A stretch of 64,000 nt of DNA from Octopus sinensis. Lineage: Eukaryota. Within the stretch, counting starts at the first letter, position 1; every line of letters starts with the position of its first letter. Positions 23,827 to 35,930 of this stretch are shown here, in pieces. Made by a program: the position numbers and the translations under genes. The stretch spans positions 40,176,001 through 40,240,000 of the forward strand of contig NC_043001.1 of NCBI RefSeq assembly GCF_006345805.1, given 5' to 3'. The notes below the pieces were generated by a model that worked only from the letters and a program-made list of their open reading frames with translations, had not been told where the DNA came from and did no database searches.

Positions 23827-25639
23827 CGTGTTGAAATGTAAATGTTTCAGAACAGCTGAAATAGCTTGTTGTGTGTGCGCGATTTGAATATGAAGGCACC
23901 TGCCTTCTCTTCCTAGTGACGGAGACCCTCCAGTGGTAACTAGTCCTTCAACACAGCCCAGACCCGAACACTAACGATAGCAGCTGCTAGCCCAAAACCT
24001 TAGCGACGTCCTCACATGTCTTGTCACCTGCACGACCCACGTTGGAAAGGCCCAATTGACTGCTGCCTGCGCACACCTGACGGCTGCCCCCTCCTGGTTG
24101 CCCCAGCTTCCGGTCAACACACCCAGCTGCTGACGTCATCCCACATTTCATAGTACTAAAAACTAAACTGACACCTCGCCTCACTCTACCATTTACTCTT
24201 CCTCAATTACAGGTTCCAATTTGAATGCTTTTTATCATGACAGTAAATAAATTTCAATGTCAGTCATTGAAGGAAAAAAGGTTTGTTTTTTCAAACTGAT
24301 CTATTTTTGCATGCTCAATTATATGTTGTTCTGTCAAGAGCCACACAATGTGCTGAAGGTACAGTGACAATGTTGAAGAAAAATCACCAACATAGGAGTG
24401 ACAAAAGATTTCATGTATTACAACTTTCTTCTTAATTATATAGTAGGCACACAAAGCAATGTCAAAGAATAAAGTAAGTTTGTTTATTCCACAACACTAC
24501 TTTGTGTGCTAACTATATAATTTGTTCAAATCTTGCAGCTGTCACATGCAGTCAGTAGATATTTTCTACTTATTTTCCATAAGGAAGCTATGACTTTCAA
24601 AATAATGTTAGGATTGTCCTGCTTGGTACCCATTGCTGACAATAGCTAAGGAGCTTGAAATGCAATCATTGATCCACAGGTGGCACTCTTAAATGGCTGT
24701 TGGTGTTTTACTACCTGTTGTGAAAATGGCCATATGTCCAGAACATATTTGAACTGATCTCAAAGTTTGTTTATTCTTAAATTTATATCATCTAGATACT
24801 TATTTCCAATAAATTTGTCCATACATTTTAATACTTGTATATTTTTTTCCTATTTCATTGTTTTTTAATCATTACCATTTACCATCATATCTACAGCAGT
24901 AACAGCAACTGTCAAACTTTAGAAGTGATCAATCATTGGAACTTTTATATACTGAAAGCCAGTGTGCTAGTTTACTAAGAGATAGAGCAAAATCTTAATG
25001 TCATATGGAAAATGGTGTTGAATAAGGAAACAAAAATTGTACTATGTACCCACTGCAGACAATGAATACAGAAGTGGTAGAGTGAGACTGTTGGCAGTCT
25101 GACAGAGAAACAGTGCTTCTAATATGAGATATATAGGTGTAGTAAGCAATAGTAATGCCCATAGAATCACACCCTTGAACTGCTTAGACAGTTCAGAGGT
25201 ACTAGCTGTTGTTGTTGTTGCTGTTGCTGTTGCTGCTGCTGGTGTTCTTGTGGTTGTTGTTATTGCTGTTGATGTTGTTTAGCCATAAGTTGGCTCTGAT
25301 CAAGACAACCTATAATCAAGAGCATTCCAGTTATGACCATCCCATGTTTTTCTAGGGATAGTGTACTATGAAGTAGATTATTCAATGTGTCTTTATTTTT
25401 TTTAAGATTGTAGGGTGAGATTTGAGGGGAATTTCAGTTTTTATTGTCATGTAGATGGCTCTAAATTGGATCAATCAGTTTCTCTTAGTTAGAGAAGGAG
25501 GTGCCTGTGACAAAAGAATAGTTGCTAGAGCAAGGAATGGAAGAAATCCAGAGAACTAATGCCTCTGATGTCAGGGCATAAAGTAAACTGAAGGAACAAT
25601 GCATGAGTAGTGAAGGACTGCATGATAGTATACCATTAG

Positions 25640-25990
25640 CAATGATGTCAAAGATTTGTTAAACACAGGAAGAAATGAGGCTAGATCAATTACTGAATGT
25701 TTAATGTTATTCTTCATGAAAGGTGACATACATTTGAGCTGACATGGTAGTTGAGCATTAAAGGTAACAGCTAAAGTATACTAAAGAACGACTGTACTGG
25801 TATGGCTATGTAATTTGAATGTGCGAATAAATGATGAGCACTGAGTGAAAATGTCTCAGGTGCTATAGGTTGAATGACCAATAAAGACACAGAGAAACAT
25901 GGTAAGACCAGATCTCAGAAAGCTAAGTCTCACAGAAGAGAAGACAAATACAATAAAGCTATCTAAGCCATTGGAGTCTCGAAAAAGCAC
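25640..25990 (+). mobile_element. Degenerate RTE LINE 3' coding relic
   Basis: gaacgactgtactggtatggctatgta...gatctcagaaagctaagtctcacagaag resembles the RWYGHV...DLRTLGLT region of the other RTE copies. Confidence 0.55.
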
Positions 25991-27399
25991 AGACATTAAA
26001 ACATTGTTGATAATCAATGTCAACATCAACACTGCCAATACCATCGCTATTGCCACCAATGACAATTACGGCAACAACAAGGAAAATGTTGACAGCAATA
26101 GTAGAAAGAAAGTGTATAATAAATTGTCCAAATCAAGAAAAAAATTAAGAAAAATCACAATTACATGCAATATATTATAAGATATATGATTTAGTCACAT
26201 TCACTTTTGTAATTTTTTTTAATATTTTATATAAAAGTAATGTAAGAGCCAGAGCATTGAAAGAAGCAAAAAACTATAGTGCTTAAAGTGGCAGTGAGGG
26301 AAAGACTGTAGAACAATTATAAGTTCTTACTAGATTAATTTCACAATCAACAGTCAACTCTTAATTGAAACTACATTTCTTACATCATTGGCACCTAAAA
26401 TGATATCCATAAATATTACAAATTCTTGTTTTTACTTCCTTCTTAAATATGTGATCTTTAGTAAAAGGCAAAAGATTTATCCGCTTGGGATGAGGAGAAA
26501 CCAGAGTTAAATATGTGATCTATAATTATTTATTCTGTTCTATTTTTCTCTCTTTTTTTTGTTCGATATTGCTATTGAGGTCCACTACAGTTGTTGCTTT
26601 TTATATTGATATTGTTATCAATATAAAACAATATATAACAATATTGACAAATCACATGTCTACAGTTGTTGTTGCTGCTGCTTATAGTTCAGTTATTGCT
26701 TATATTGTAACTGTTTTTTATTAGTGCTCAGTGTTCTTATTATTAGTTGAACAATTATAGTTCAAACTATTATGGCTGTGATTGTTGCTCCAAGCACTGA
26801 AGCTTAAAACCGGAAAATCAGCACTTACAATATTAGACAAGGTACTATTGTTTCACTAAACATTAATTTAAAGTTTCAAGTGTTTTTAGGATACAAAGCA
26901 ACAGATAATCTTATAAACATTAGTTAGACTAGAGTACTTTCCAAGTACAATAAACAAGCAGAACTCAGAATCAAAACAAAAACAAAATTACTCCACTTGA
27001 CAAATACAAGTGAAAAAAAGAAAATTCTAAGCATTTTCAGTAATTTTTTGGTAAATTTCTCTTACAATCATGAATATGGAGGTGTCTTTTCACATTTGGT
27101 AACCAAGAGGGAGACCCCATTACCTTACTGATGCCAGCTCTAAACTGATATCTGCAAAATATCCTTCAAAGAGAAAGAATTATTCAATATATTGACTGTT
27201 TGTTAAGATATACCACATCACACGCTCACCATTATGAAATGATACTCAAGGTTACGGGAGCTGCTTCTCTTACTGCAGCTAAAAAATACATCTTTTAATA
27301 CAGAGTGGGCCAAACTCTCCTAGACAGGTGAGATTGATACTATTAATGCTCCTATTGAGCCTTTCTACAAAACGATCTGTAGGAAACATATGAGCAAGA

Positions 27400-27690
27400 A
27401 GAGAATTCTAGAGAGCTGACATTCTGGGAAAGAAGGACTGTTCATAATGATTAGTGTGAGACAAGAAGGTGGAGAAAGGAGTAAGAGGGGACACAAGTGG
27501 GACTAGAGTGCTTAAGTGGTGGTGGCATGAACTCAACCAGCTCCAAGAAGCAAAGGTTATTAAAGTAGAGATAGAAAAAGTAGAGAGAGGAGACAACATG
27601 ACCGTTGACCAGTAGCTGCTGCCTATCTGTTAGTGATTTTATGTCAATCAGTTGTGCATGTGCATGTGATTTAGGGTCCCTATGTGGACA
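27400..27690 (-). mobile_element. Degenerate CR1/Jockey-group LINE 3' relic
   Basis: Minus frame ...HTNHYEQSFFPRMSAL resembles the SFFPRT...WN motif at the end of such RTs. Confidence 0.55.
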
Positions 27691-27798
27691 GCAGTTGCAC
27701 TATCCAACATTTTAGAGCAATATTGTGGGCCTCATCTGATCTTTGTAGAATATCAATAATTGTTGGGGACTGAAAGATTTTTACACACACACACACAC

Positions 27799-30272
27799 TG
27801 TTGTAGTGAAAACGGTACATCCCTTCCCGTGTGACAGCCACTACTACAAAGTCAGATAGTCAGTCGTTGTAGCGGATCAATAATAGTAGAGTCATACGAG
27901 TTCTCAGTTGGAGTTAGTGCCAGTTACATGATATATACAAGTTCAAGTGACTGTCAAGGTAGACGTTTCAAAGTCATTGTCTTGTGATAGCACAATAGAA
28001 AAGTCAAAGATAATAAGATGTGGAATACCACCACAACATAATAGTGGCGACAATAATATTACAGTGCCGACAATAACATACAAGTGGACAAGGATCCACA
28101 TTATAACAGTGGTGACAAGGATATAAACAATTCATGTGGACAATGTTGAAAAAAAATGTTTTTTTCACAAGTAAATAAACAATTCATGCAGATGATGTTT
28201 AAAAATTTTTCATGTCGAGAAATTTAAAATTCAACAGAGGAGTAACAGACATTTTTATGGTACATATTTTAGAAAAAAAATCCGTAAAATTATGGAAAAC
28301 TTGTTAGAGGGTCTAGTTGAGTTGCAAAAACAGCAACAACAACTCAAAGAACAAGAACAACAACAAATGTTCCAGCAACAAATGCTATAACGAATTAAGA
28401 TGGTAACAAAACTGGAAAATACGTTTTTGCCAGACCATGTAGCAAATTCAGTAAATGAATTTAAATATGACCCAGAAGAAGGAGTTACCTTCAAGGCATA
28501 TTACCAAAGGTTTGGACAAGTTTTTGAAGAAGAATGCCAAAACTGGACGGACATAATGAAAGCACATCTAATTCTGAGGAAACTGGTGATAATAGAGCAT
28601 GAGAAATACTGTTACTCTATATTGCCTAAAAAAGTTTCTGACATAAATTTCAGACACAATTGATATTTTGTGTAAGATGTTCAGTGAAAAAACATTGTTG
28701 TTCAACACACATTGGAAGTGTTTGAACACAGACAAAAGTGATGACGAAGACTTTACCACATATGCAGTAGAGTGAACAGAGAGTGCAAGAGATTTAAATT
28801 GGATAAACTAATTCCAGACTCATTCAAGTGCCTGATTTTTGTTCAGAGACTTACTGCTGAAATGGATGAAGAAGTCAGAATGAAAATTCTCACAAAGCTG
28901 GAAATGAACCAGGATATAACTCTCCAGAAATTGTCAGAAGAGTACAATGGGATATTAAAAGTAAGGCATGACACAGAAGAAATCCAACACAGAGATTGTT
29001 TACAGATAAAACCGATGTGGAAGAGTTGGAAGATGGATAAAGTGTTTCACAAAAACACGATGTACAATAGGAGATAAACCATGTATGGTATGCAATGGTA
29101 GGCAGCTGAGAAAAGAGTGTCCATTCAAAAAAGCAAAGTGTTTTCATTGTGGGAACACAGGACACATTAAATCACACTGCAGAACTAAGATGACAAAATA
29201 TGGGACCAAACAAGAAAAAATAGTCTGTCATCTGAGAAAAAAGTTTGTACAACAAACAGAAAATTCATCAAGGTGAGAGTCAAAACCACTAGTGTCAAAA
29301 TGCAATTAGATACGGGTAGTGACATCACTATCATAAATGAAGAAACATGGTGCCAAATCAGTAAGCCGAAATTATTTAAATCAAATAAAGTAGAATATGG
29401 TGTTACAGGAAAGAAATATTTCATCGGTGAATATATTTGCAATGTAACTTTTCGAGGTGAAATGAAAAGAACAATCATTTAGGAGTTGAAAACAATCACT
29501 AAACCTTTTTGGCACAGAATGCATGGAGTTATTTAAAATGCGGGATACCCCCATTAGACTTCTCTGTGAAAATGTAGTCAGCACGGTTAAAAGTACAACT
29601 GAAGTCAAACAACTGAGACAAAAAATTAAAAAATTGTTTCCAAATGTTTTGTTGGAAGGATTAGGCTAATGCATTAAAACAAAAGTGAGGACCGTGATAA
29701 AAGAAAAGGCAAAACCTATTTTTAAACCCAAATGGAACGTGCCGTTTGTGGCATTAGACCATGCCAATAAAGAGCTGGAAAGACTAGAAGGTCTAGGTAT
29801 AACTGAAAAAGTCAACAATTAAGACTGGGCAGCTCTGATGATTTAGGTAAAATAAAAAAAAGCTAAAAAAATGAGGCAGGGTGAATAAAGTAAAATAAAA
29901 TTACTTGCTTCACAAGAAAAAAAAGAAAATAAAGGGGAGATGTTGTACTGAAAATGGTACATTCCTTCCCATGTGATAGTGGTATAAAGCCACTATAAAG
30001 TCAGACAATCAGTCATTGTAAGGGGTCAGTAGTAGTAGAGTCATTATACAAGTTCTCAGTTGGAGTCAGTGCCAGTTATGTGATATATATGAGTTCAAGT
30101 AACTGTCAAGGTAGATGTTTCAAAGTCATTGTCTTACAGAGCTATCAGCAATAGCACGATAGACAAGTCAAAGATAATAAGACACAGAATACCACCACAA
30201 CATAAATAGTGGTGACAAGAATATTACAATGCTGACAACAACATACAAGAGAACAAGGAACCAATTATAACA
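27799..30272 (+). mobile_element. Internally deleted Mag-like Gypsy element with paired LTRs, inserted in a (CA)n tract
   Basis: LTRs at 27799-28108 and 29941-30272 (TGTTG...TATAACA); PBS-like TGGTGACAAGG at 28110; PPT AAAGGGGAGA ending 29940. Gag with Q-rich stretch and two knuckles (CMVCNGRQLRKEC, CFHCGNTGHIKSHC), protease QLDTGSD, RT start ELERLEGLG...DWAA, then deletion. Confidence 0.9.
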
Positions 30273-30280
30273 CACACAAA

Positions 30281-30351
<71 letters not shown>

Positions 30352-30358
<7 letters not shown>

Positions 30359-30505
30359 GATGGAAATTGAGTGGACTTCCACACAATTTCCATCTTCTCT
30401 CTGCCAAATTCATTCACAAGACACCAGGCAACTCAAGGCTATAGTAGAAGACACTTACCCAAAGTTTCACACACTGAGACTCAACCCAACGCTACATGGT
30501 TGTGT
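30352..30505 (-). mobile_element. SINE family A 5' half (antisense)
   Basis: Reverse complement of the SINE head and body: ggctatagtagaagacacttaccc...gagactcaaccc. Confidence 0.7.
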
Positions 30506-30965
30506 AGTGACACCATTTTGGAAATCTTCAGCATGCATGCGCAGAGTTGGATTCTTCCGGGAGGCCTGCCGGAAGTTCCCTCATGCGCATGCACAGAAAA
30601 CTAGCAGCAGCAAAATCTTCCTTGTTTGGTCTCTCGAATGCTGACAGCCAAACAGGATGAACGTGTTTTAGCAGCTCTCTCAAGCTGCACCTCGTGGCAT
30701 TGCTACACTATGCTTGAACGGACAGGATTTGGCTCACTCCACTTGACTATTGCAATGAGCTCCTAAGCTGCCGATTTGCCCTGAAGAAGAATATATATAT
30801 TGCAAATCCAGAAATAAAATATTTTTGCTGTTGAAGTTTCCTTCAATTAATATTTTAATGTAAAGGATGAGAGCTGCACCCATCCAGTGTTACAGACCTT
30901 TCATCCTGTTACAGTTGCAAACTGAGCTTCTTAACCACACGGTCATGCCAGCATCTGCCAATATT

Positions 30966-31255
30966 TATGTGGACTGATCAATAACAATCCAAACTGTTGC
31001 CATAGTAATGAAACTAAAGCATGCAGAGTGAAGCTGCCAGGTGCAAATTGACCTTGAACTCTGCTGTACATGTGCACTAAGTTTTAACATTCTTGCTCAC
31101 TTCCGGTGTTTACAGCAGTGCTTGGAAGGAATGTGTGTTGCATGTGATCCCCACATTGACCATGACAGAGAAAGTTGAGCAGAGAATCTGCATCAAATTT
31201 TGTCAAAAGCTTGGCAATACCTGCTCAGAGGCCTACACAAAGTTTTCAAAATGTT
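30966..31255 (+). mobile_element. Mariner 5' end (TIR plus transposase N-terminus)
   Basis: TIR-like tatgtggactgatcaataac; MTEKVEQRICIKFCQKLGNTCSEAY is a mariner HTH start. Confidence 0.8.
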
Positions 31256-31369
31256 TTCATTGTTCTCGATGCAATCAAGAAGATCTTGTGCAACTGAAGC
31301 CCGGGTGTCATTTTGGTCAGCTGAAAGTAGTTTTGGCACAAACCTGGCAGACATGCATCGATTACCCAA

Positions 31370-31935
31370 ATCTTCAGTGATAATGGACTAGATATACTAG
31401 ACTGTAAGTGATTGTTCAAAAGGTGTAGTATGTAGGATATAATCAGGTTGGAAAAGTTCAGGAAGCTATTATTTCTGCAGGCAATACTCAAAGTGAAAGG
31501 CAGATTATATGATACTTCTGTTAGAACTACAATGCTGCATAGTAATGAGACATGGATTTTGAATGCAGAAGCCTTGCAAAGAGTAGACAGAAATGAAGGC
31601 AACACACTTTGATGTATGTGTAATGTTAGTGTGTATGAACATCAGTGTACAAATAAGGTGAGAGAGAAACTTGGCATAAGATGGATTGGTTGTAATGTGT
31701 AAGAGATAAGGTTGCACTTGTATGGGTAACTGAGGCATATATAGGATGGCTGCTGCATAAGGAAACACCAAGCACCAAGTTAGTAGAGCCTATGTAAGAG
31801 GAAGACCAAGGAAGACTTGGGATGAAGTGCTAAAGACTGATCTGAAGATGCTGCATTTCACAAAGGAGATGACAAAGGACCATTCTAATTGACAACATAG
31901 AGTACTGTAGAAGACCCCCAACTACTCACAGCAAA
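31370..31935 (+). mobile_element. Degenerate RTE LINE RT 3' relic
   Basis: ggttggaaaagttcaggaagcta...aggaagaccaaggaagacttgggatgaagtg matches the W.KFRELL and GRPRKTWDEV regions. Confidence 0.75.
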
Positions 31936-33510
31936 ATGTACATCGAAATGAAGGTAGTCTTTAGGGGTTGGGATATTTTGTACATCCCAAGCTTACATTT
32001 GCTGCCTCCTGCCTTGCATCTTTGACCCCTACCTCTCATCTCTCTCCAAACCACTATCTATATTATGTTGATAATTTAAAACTCTGACTTATGTATAATT
32101 CACATAGTTCATTCCTAAATGTTTAGAATTATGCCATACTCTGCATAATCACTGTATCCATATTAATTAATCAGTCTACCTACTGTTCCCCTCTCCCCAT
32201 ATCATTTTCATCCATCTTTGTACCACTCATATCTTATTTCTCCACCACATGTGCTAACTACACCATCTTCAGCTCTTTAATCCCCTCATCTTTCATTAGG
32301 CCTATGCATAAGTGATTGCATCAAACCATTCTCATCCCACTTCCATACCCTCCCATCTCCAAATCATGTATAAAAGACTGCATCAAACCACCTGTAACCA
32401 AAACACACTAGCTTTGCCCTTTCTGTAATAGCTTCCATCATTTTCTCTGAGTCACCTATTTCTTCTATTGTCATCCATAACATAATTTTGCCTTTATTCC
32501 ATCACTCAATCTTTCTTTTGTTCATCTCTACTATTGCCTATAATTTCCCTCATGTCCCCAACGCTAATAACTCTACATGTACATCAAAACTTTTAGACTT
32601 TGCACTATCATGAGAGTTTACTTGAAGTAACATTTAAACCTTCCTATTACAATAATTAAAGCAGTAATTAATGGAGTTTTAAAGATTGTAAGATAATATG
32701 ACAGAAGATATTTTCTTATTTAAAAAAGTAGGAAGTGACACATGCATCAAAAGAACAATGTTGACTGAAAATAAGATATTTTAAATATAGTTTGATAACA
32801 TGCAGTGGCTAGAAAGGAATTTGCTATGTATGCTAGATTTAGATATTTACTTTCAGAAACAAACTACATTCAGTGCTAGTTAAATATTAGAGGCATAGAT
32901 CATTTTGAAAACAATAGGAATGACTGTTTAAACATGAAATAATAAATGGTGCAAGAATAACATACAATGTGTCATATGCTGAACAAATAAAAATATAGAT
33001 TTATTTTCCTGATAACAGGTGTTATAGAATACAAAAAAAAACATATATATATAAGTTTGAAACTTTACAGATACCAAAACCAGCTGTAAACACTTTATGC
33101 TATCCATAACAACACCTCTCTCCAAACCACTATCTATATTATGTTGATAATTTAAAACTCTGACTTATGTATAATTCACATAGTTCATTCCTAAATGTTT
33201 AGAATTATGCCATACTCTGCATAATCACTGTATCCATATTAATTAATCAGTCTAGCTAATTATGTTCTTCTTCAAATATAGGCAACAAGTAGATTCTTTT
33301 CATGAAAACAACTGTTACCTGGGATAACAATGGTTTGTTTCGATCAATACTCACTTGCTAAACAGAACTAAACTAAGAATAAGATTAGTTGTTCACTTAC
33401 AGTTATCTATCAACAGCAAATTACAAAATTCTAAGGATTAGCATGATAAACGCCCTTTTGCTTATTGTAATCATAATTTCAATACCTCTTTAATAACTGA
33501 TACAAATGTA

Positions 33511-33789
33511 ACTGTGTGGTAAGTAGCTTGCTTACCAACCACATGGTTCCGGGTTCAGTCCCACTGCGTGGCACCTTCGGCAAGTGTCTTCTACTATATA
33601 GAAATATAGTATATGCTGGTGTGTTTACGTCCCTGTAACTTAGCAGTTCAGCAAAAGAGACCGATAGAATAAGTACTAGGCTTACAAAGAATAAGTACTG
33701 AGGTCGATTTACTCGACTAAAAGCAGTGCTCCAGCATGGCCACAATCAAATGACTGAAACAAGTAAAAGAGTTAAAAGAGTAAAAGAGA
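33511..33789 (+). mobile_element. SINE family A with internal deletion
   Basis: tRNA-like head (gtggtaagtagcttgcttaccaaccacatggttccgggttcagtcc) joined directly to the 3' half; (AAAAGAG) tail. Confidence 0.88.
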
Positions 33790-34029
33790 TTTTCAAATAA
33801 TAATAAGATTTGATTACTTGTTGAACTTCAAAACGTTAAGACATTTACAGTGATATCTGACCTTAACTCCCTTTTATTCATTATAGTGTTACATTTTTGG
33901 AATCCCTATTGAAATTTCCGTCCTCTTATCCAAGTTCAAGCAGTCTATAAAGAAAGTTACCACAAATCATCATTCCCCAAAACAGTCACACCCGAAATAT
34001 TGTATTTACCCAAACAAAAATTCAATTAT

Positions 34030-34410
34030 ATTTTATTTGTTTTGGTCATTGAACTGCAGCCATACCAGATAACCACTTCAGAGGATTTTAGTAGAATGAA
34101 ACAACCCCAGTACTATATTTCTTAAGAGAAGTACTTATTCCATCAGTCTCTTTTGCTAAACTGCTAAGTTACAGGGATGTAATCAAACCATTTATCAAGC
34201 AATGGTGAAGGATAAAAACAAAGACACACATACACATAAAACAGGTTTCTTTCAGTTTCCATCTATTAAATCCATTCACAAAAGTTTGATAAGTTCAAAG
34301 CTATAAAAAGCTATAATTGCTGCAGGTGCCACATAGTGGGACTTGAACCCAGAGACATACGGTTGAGAAGTAATCTCCATACCACACAGCCACGCTCACA
34401 CCTATAACTG
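34030..34410 (-). mobile_element. Old SINE family A (antisense)
   Basis: Reverse complement of head (gtgggacttgaacccagag...ccatacca) and 3' half (ctcttttgctaaactgctaagttacagggatgt). Confidence 0.75.
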
Positions 34411-35631
34411 ATCCCCTATTGTTATTCCAAATTAAGTACACATTACCTTCAGCTACATATTTTTCATTTAATGCATAAGTAGTTATTCTCAGTGAAAAAA
34501 CATCAACACACTTATCTTTTGGACTGTTAAATCGCTGCACACATTTTGTTAAAAAACTCAAATACCAATAAAATTAAAACACATATTTAAAATAATATTT
34601 TCTCAAAATTATCCTTTCCTTCCTTAACATTTAAAAACTAGAGTATAAATTTCTTGAGATAATTGTTTTGCTTTCCTAACAGTGTGGGAGGGTGTGTCTG
34701 TGCGTGTGTGCGCGCATGAGAAGGTGCTATGCTTAATATAGCAAGTGAGATGGGTTGTGTTTTGGTTCTATTTCCCTATGATCTAGGCATGACATTAGAG
34801 CAAATACTAGAACTCCTTACTATACCAAGCTGCCCAGATGGAGTAGACAGAAGCAACCTTTATATCCAGTAATCTATATGACCATTATGAACTTCCAGAT
34901 AGCTACCCATCACCCATCACATCAAGCCTAACATCTTGCTCTTTGAGTAGTAAGAATATAGACCAAAGCAAGAGGAGCAACTCTTTAGCCCATATCAATG
35001 TACAGTGGTGGCGGCCTTTAGCCTAAACGCAGACTACCTCCTCTCTCAGATATATGACAGAAAAGGTCCTTATTCTGTTGTATGAAAAAGAAACAAGTGA
35101 ATGAAGACAATTTAGAGAAGATTCTGTTTAGTCTTTTCAGAGACAAGACAACCTCTGTAGTGATGAATGCCAGGGGCAAAGCAATTACTGTAGAACTGGG
35201 GCAACATCAAAATGCACTTAGTTCTCTCTGTAAAATAGTTGACAATAGTATGTTATCCAGCCAGAGAAACTATGCTAAAACTGGAACATACAAACGGAAT
35301 ATAGTACCCAGTCCATTTAAGAGACCAATAACTTTTACTAACAACTGACTAGGGCTATAATCATTAGTCCAATTTATACCAGCATGGAACAAAAGCAATA
35401 AAATGATGATAAAGATGATGATAATGATGATGCATTTTTATTATTCTGTTACATGCGAAAAAAAAAAAACGGAATATTTTATTGCAATGCACTTCTCTTT
35501 GAAACCTACTCAAGTTATAGTTCTTTCAGTATCAGGCTATTTCTGATATAACTTATTTCTCCCATACAAACACAGCTTTTAAGACAGACATTCCATATAT
35601 CTGTTAATTAGTCATCGTTATTAGCTAGGTT

Positions 35632-35930
35632 GTGAAGGCGCTTGGCTTAGTGGCTAGGGTATTAAGCACAAGATTGTAAGGTCGTGGTTTCAATTCCCGG
35701 TGGCATGTCATGTCCTTGAGCAAGACACTTTATTTCTTCAGCTAGCATGAGTTATACCTGTATTTCAAAGGGCCAGCCTTGTCACACTGAATTTCCCTGA
35801 GAACTACATTACAAGTATACCTTCTCTGTGGAGTGTTCAGCCACTTACACGTTAATTTCACGAGCATTTCCATTGATCGGATCTACTGAAACACTCTCAT
35901 CTGCTGTAGCCGATGGAGTGCTAGTTATTA
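35632..35930 (+). mobile_element. tRNA-headed SINE, second family (B)
   Basis: A-box tggcttagtgg, B-box ggtttcaattcc, then tgtccttgagcaagacact body; a related antisense copy lies at ~53640-53870. Confidence 0.75.

Larger units (their letters stand above)
21801..24145 (-). mobile_element. Internally deleted Gypsy LTR retrotransposon with paired LTRs and 5-bp TSD
   Basis: LTRs at 21801-22080 and 23867-24145 (TG...CA, ~14 differences in 280 bp by my count); TSD TTTCA at 21796-21800 and 24146-24150; PPT AGGGTGGCG at 22081-22089. Confidence 0.96.
20700..24420 (+). pseudogene. Decayed Helitron RepHel (PIF1-type helicase) gene interrupted by a Gypsy
   Basis: MGLIKFDDEFDRNM...QI*YLF (~20825); YPVKFRNS and CVLLMLQDLN...FCNGSRI (~21605-21740); after the Gypsy, FIMTVNKFQCQSL and HAQLYVVLSR (24230-24340). 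These are relics of the CNGTRL, MTINKSQGQSL and HGQLYVALSR motifs. Confidence 0.75.

Noticed and set aside
24612-24680. Possible exon DCPAWYPLLTIAKELEMQSLIH
   Set aside because: Weak donor (GTGGCA), no recognisable homology, no supporting neighbours.
30781-30830. Hammerhead-like CTGAAGA...GAAA
   Set aside because: Helix II does not close and there is no proper NUH triplet or helix III pairing.
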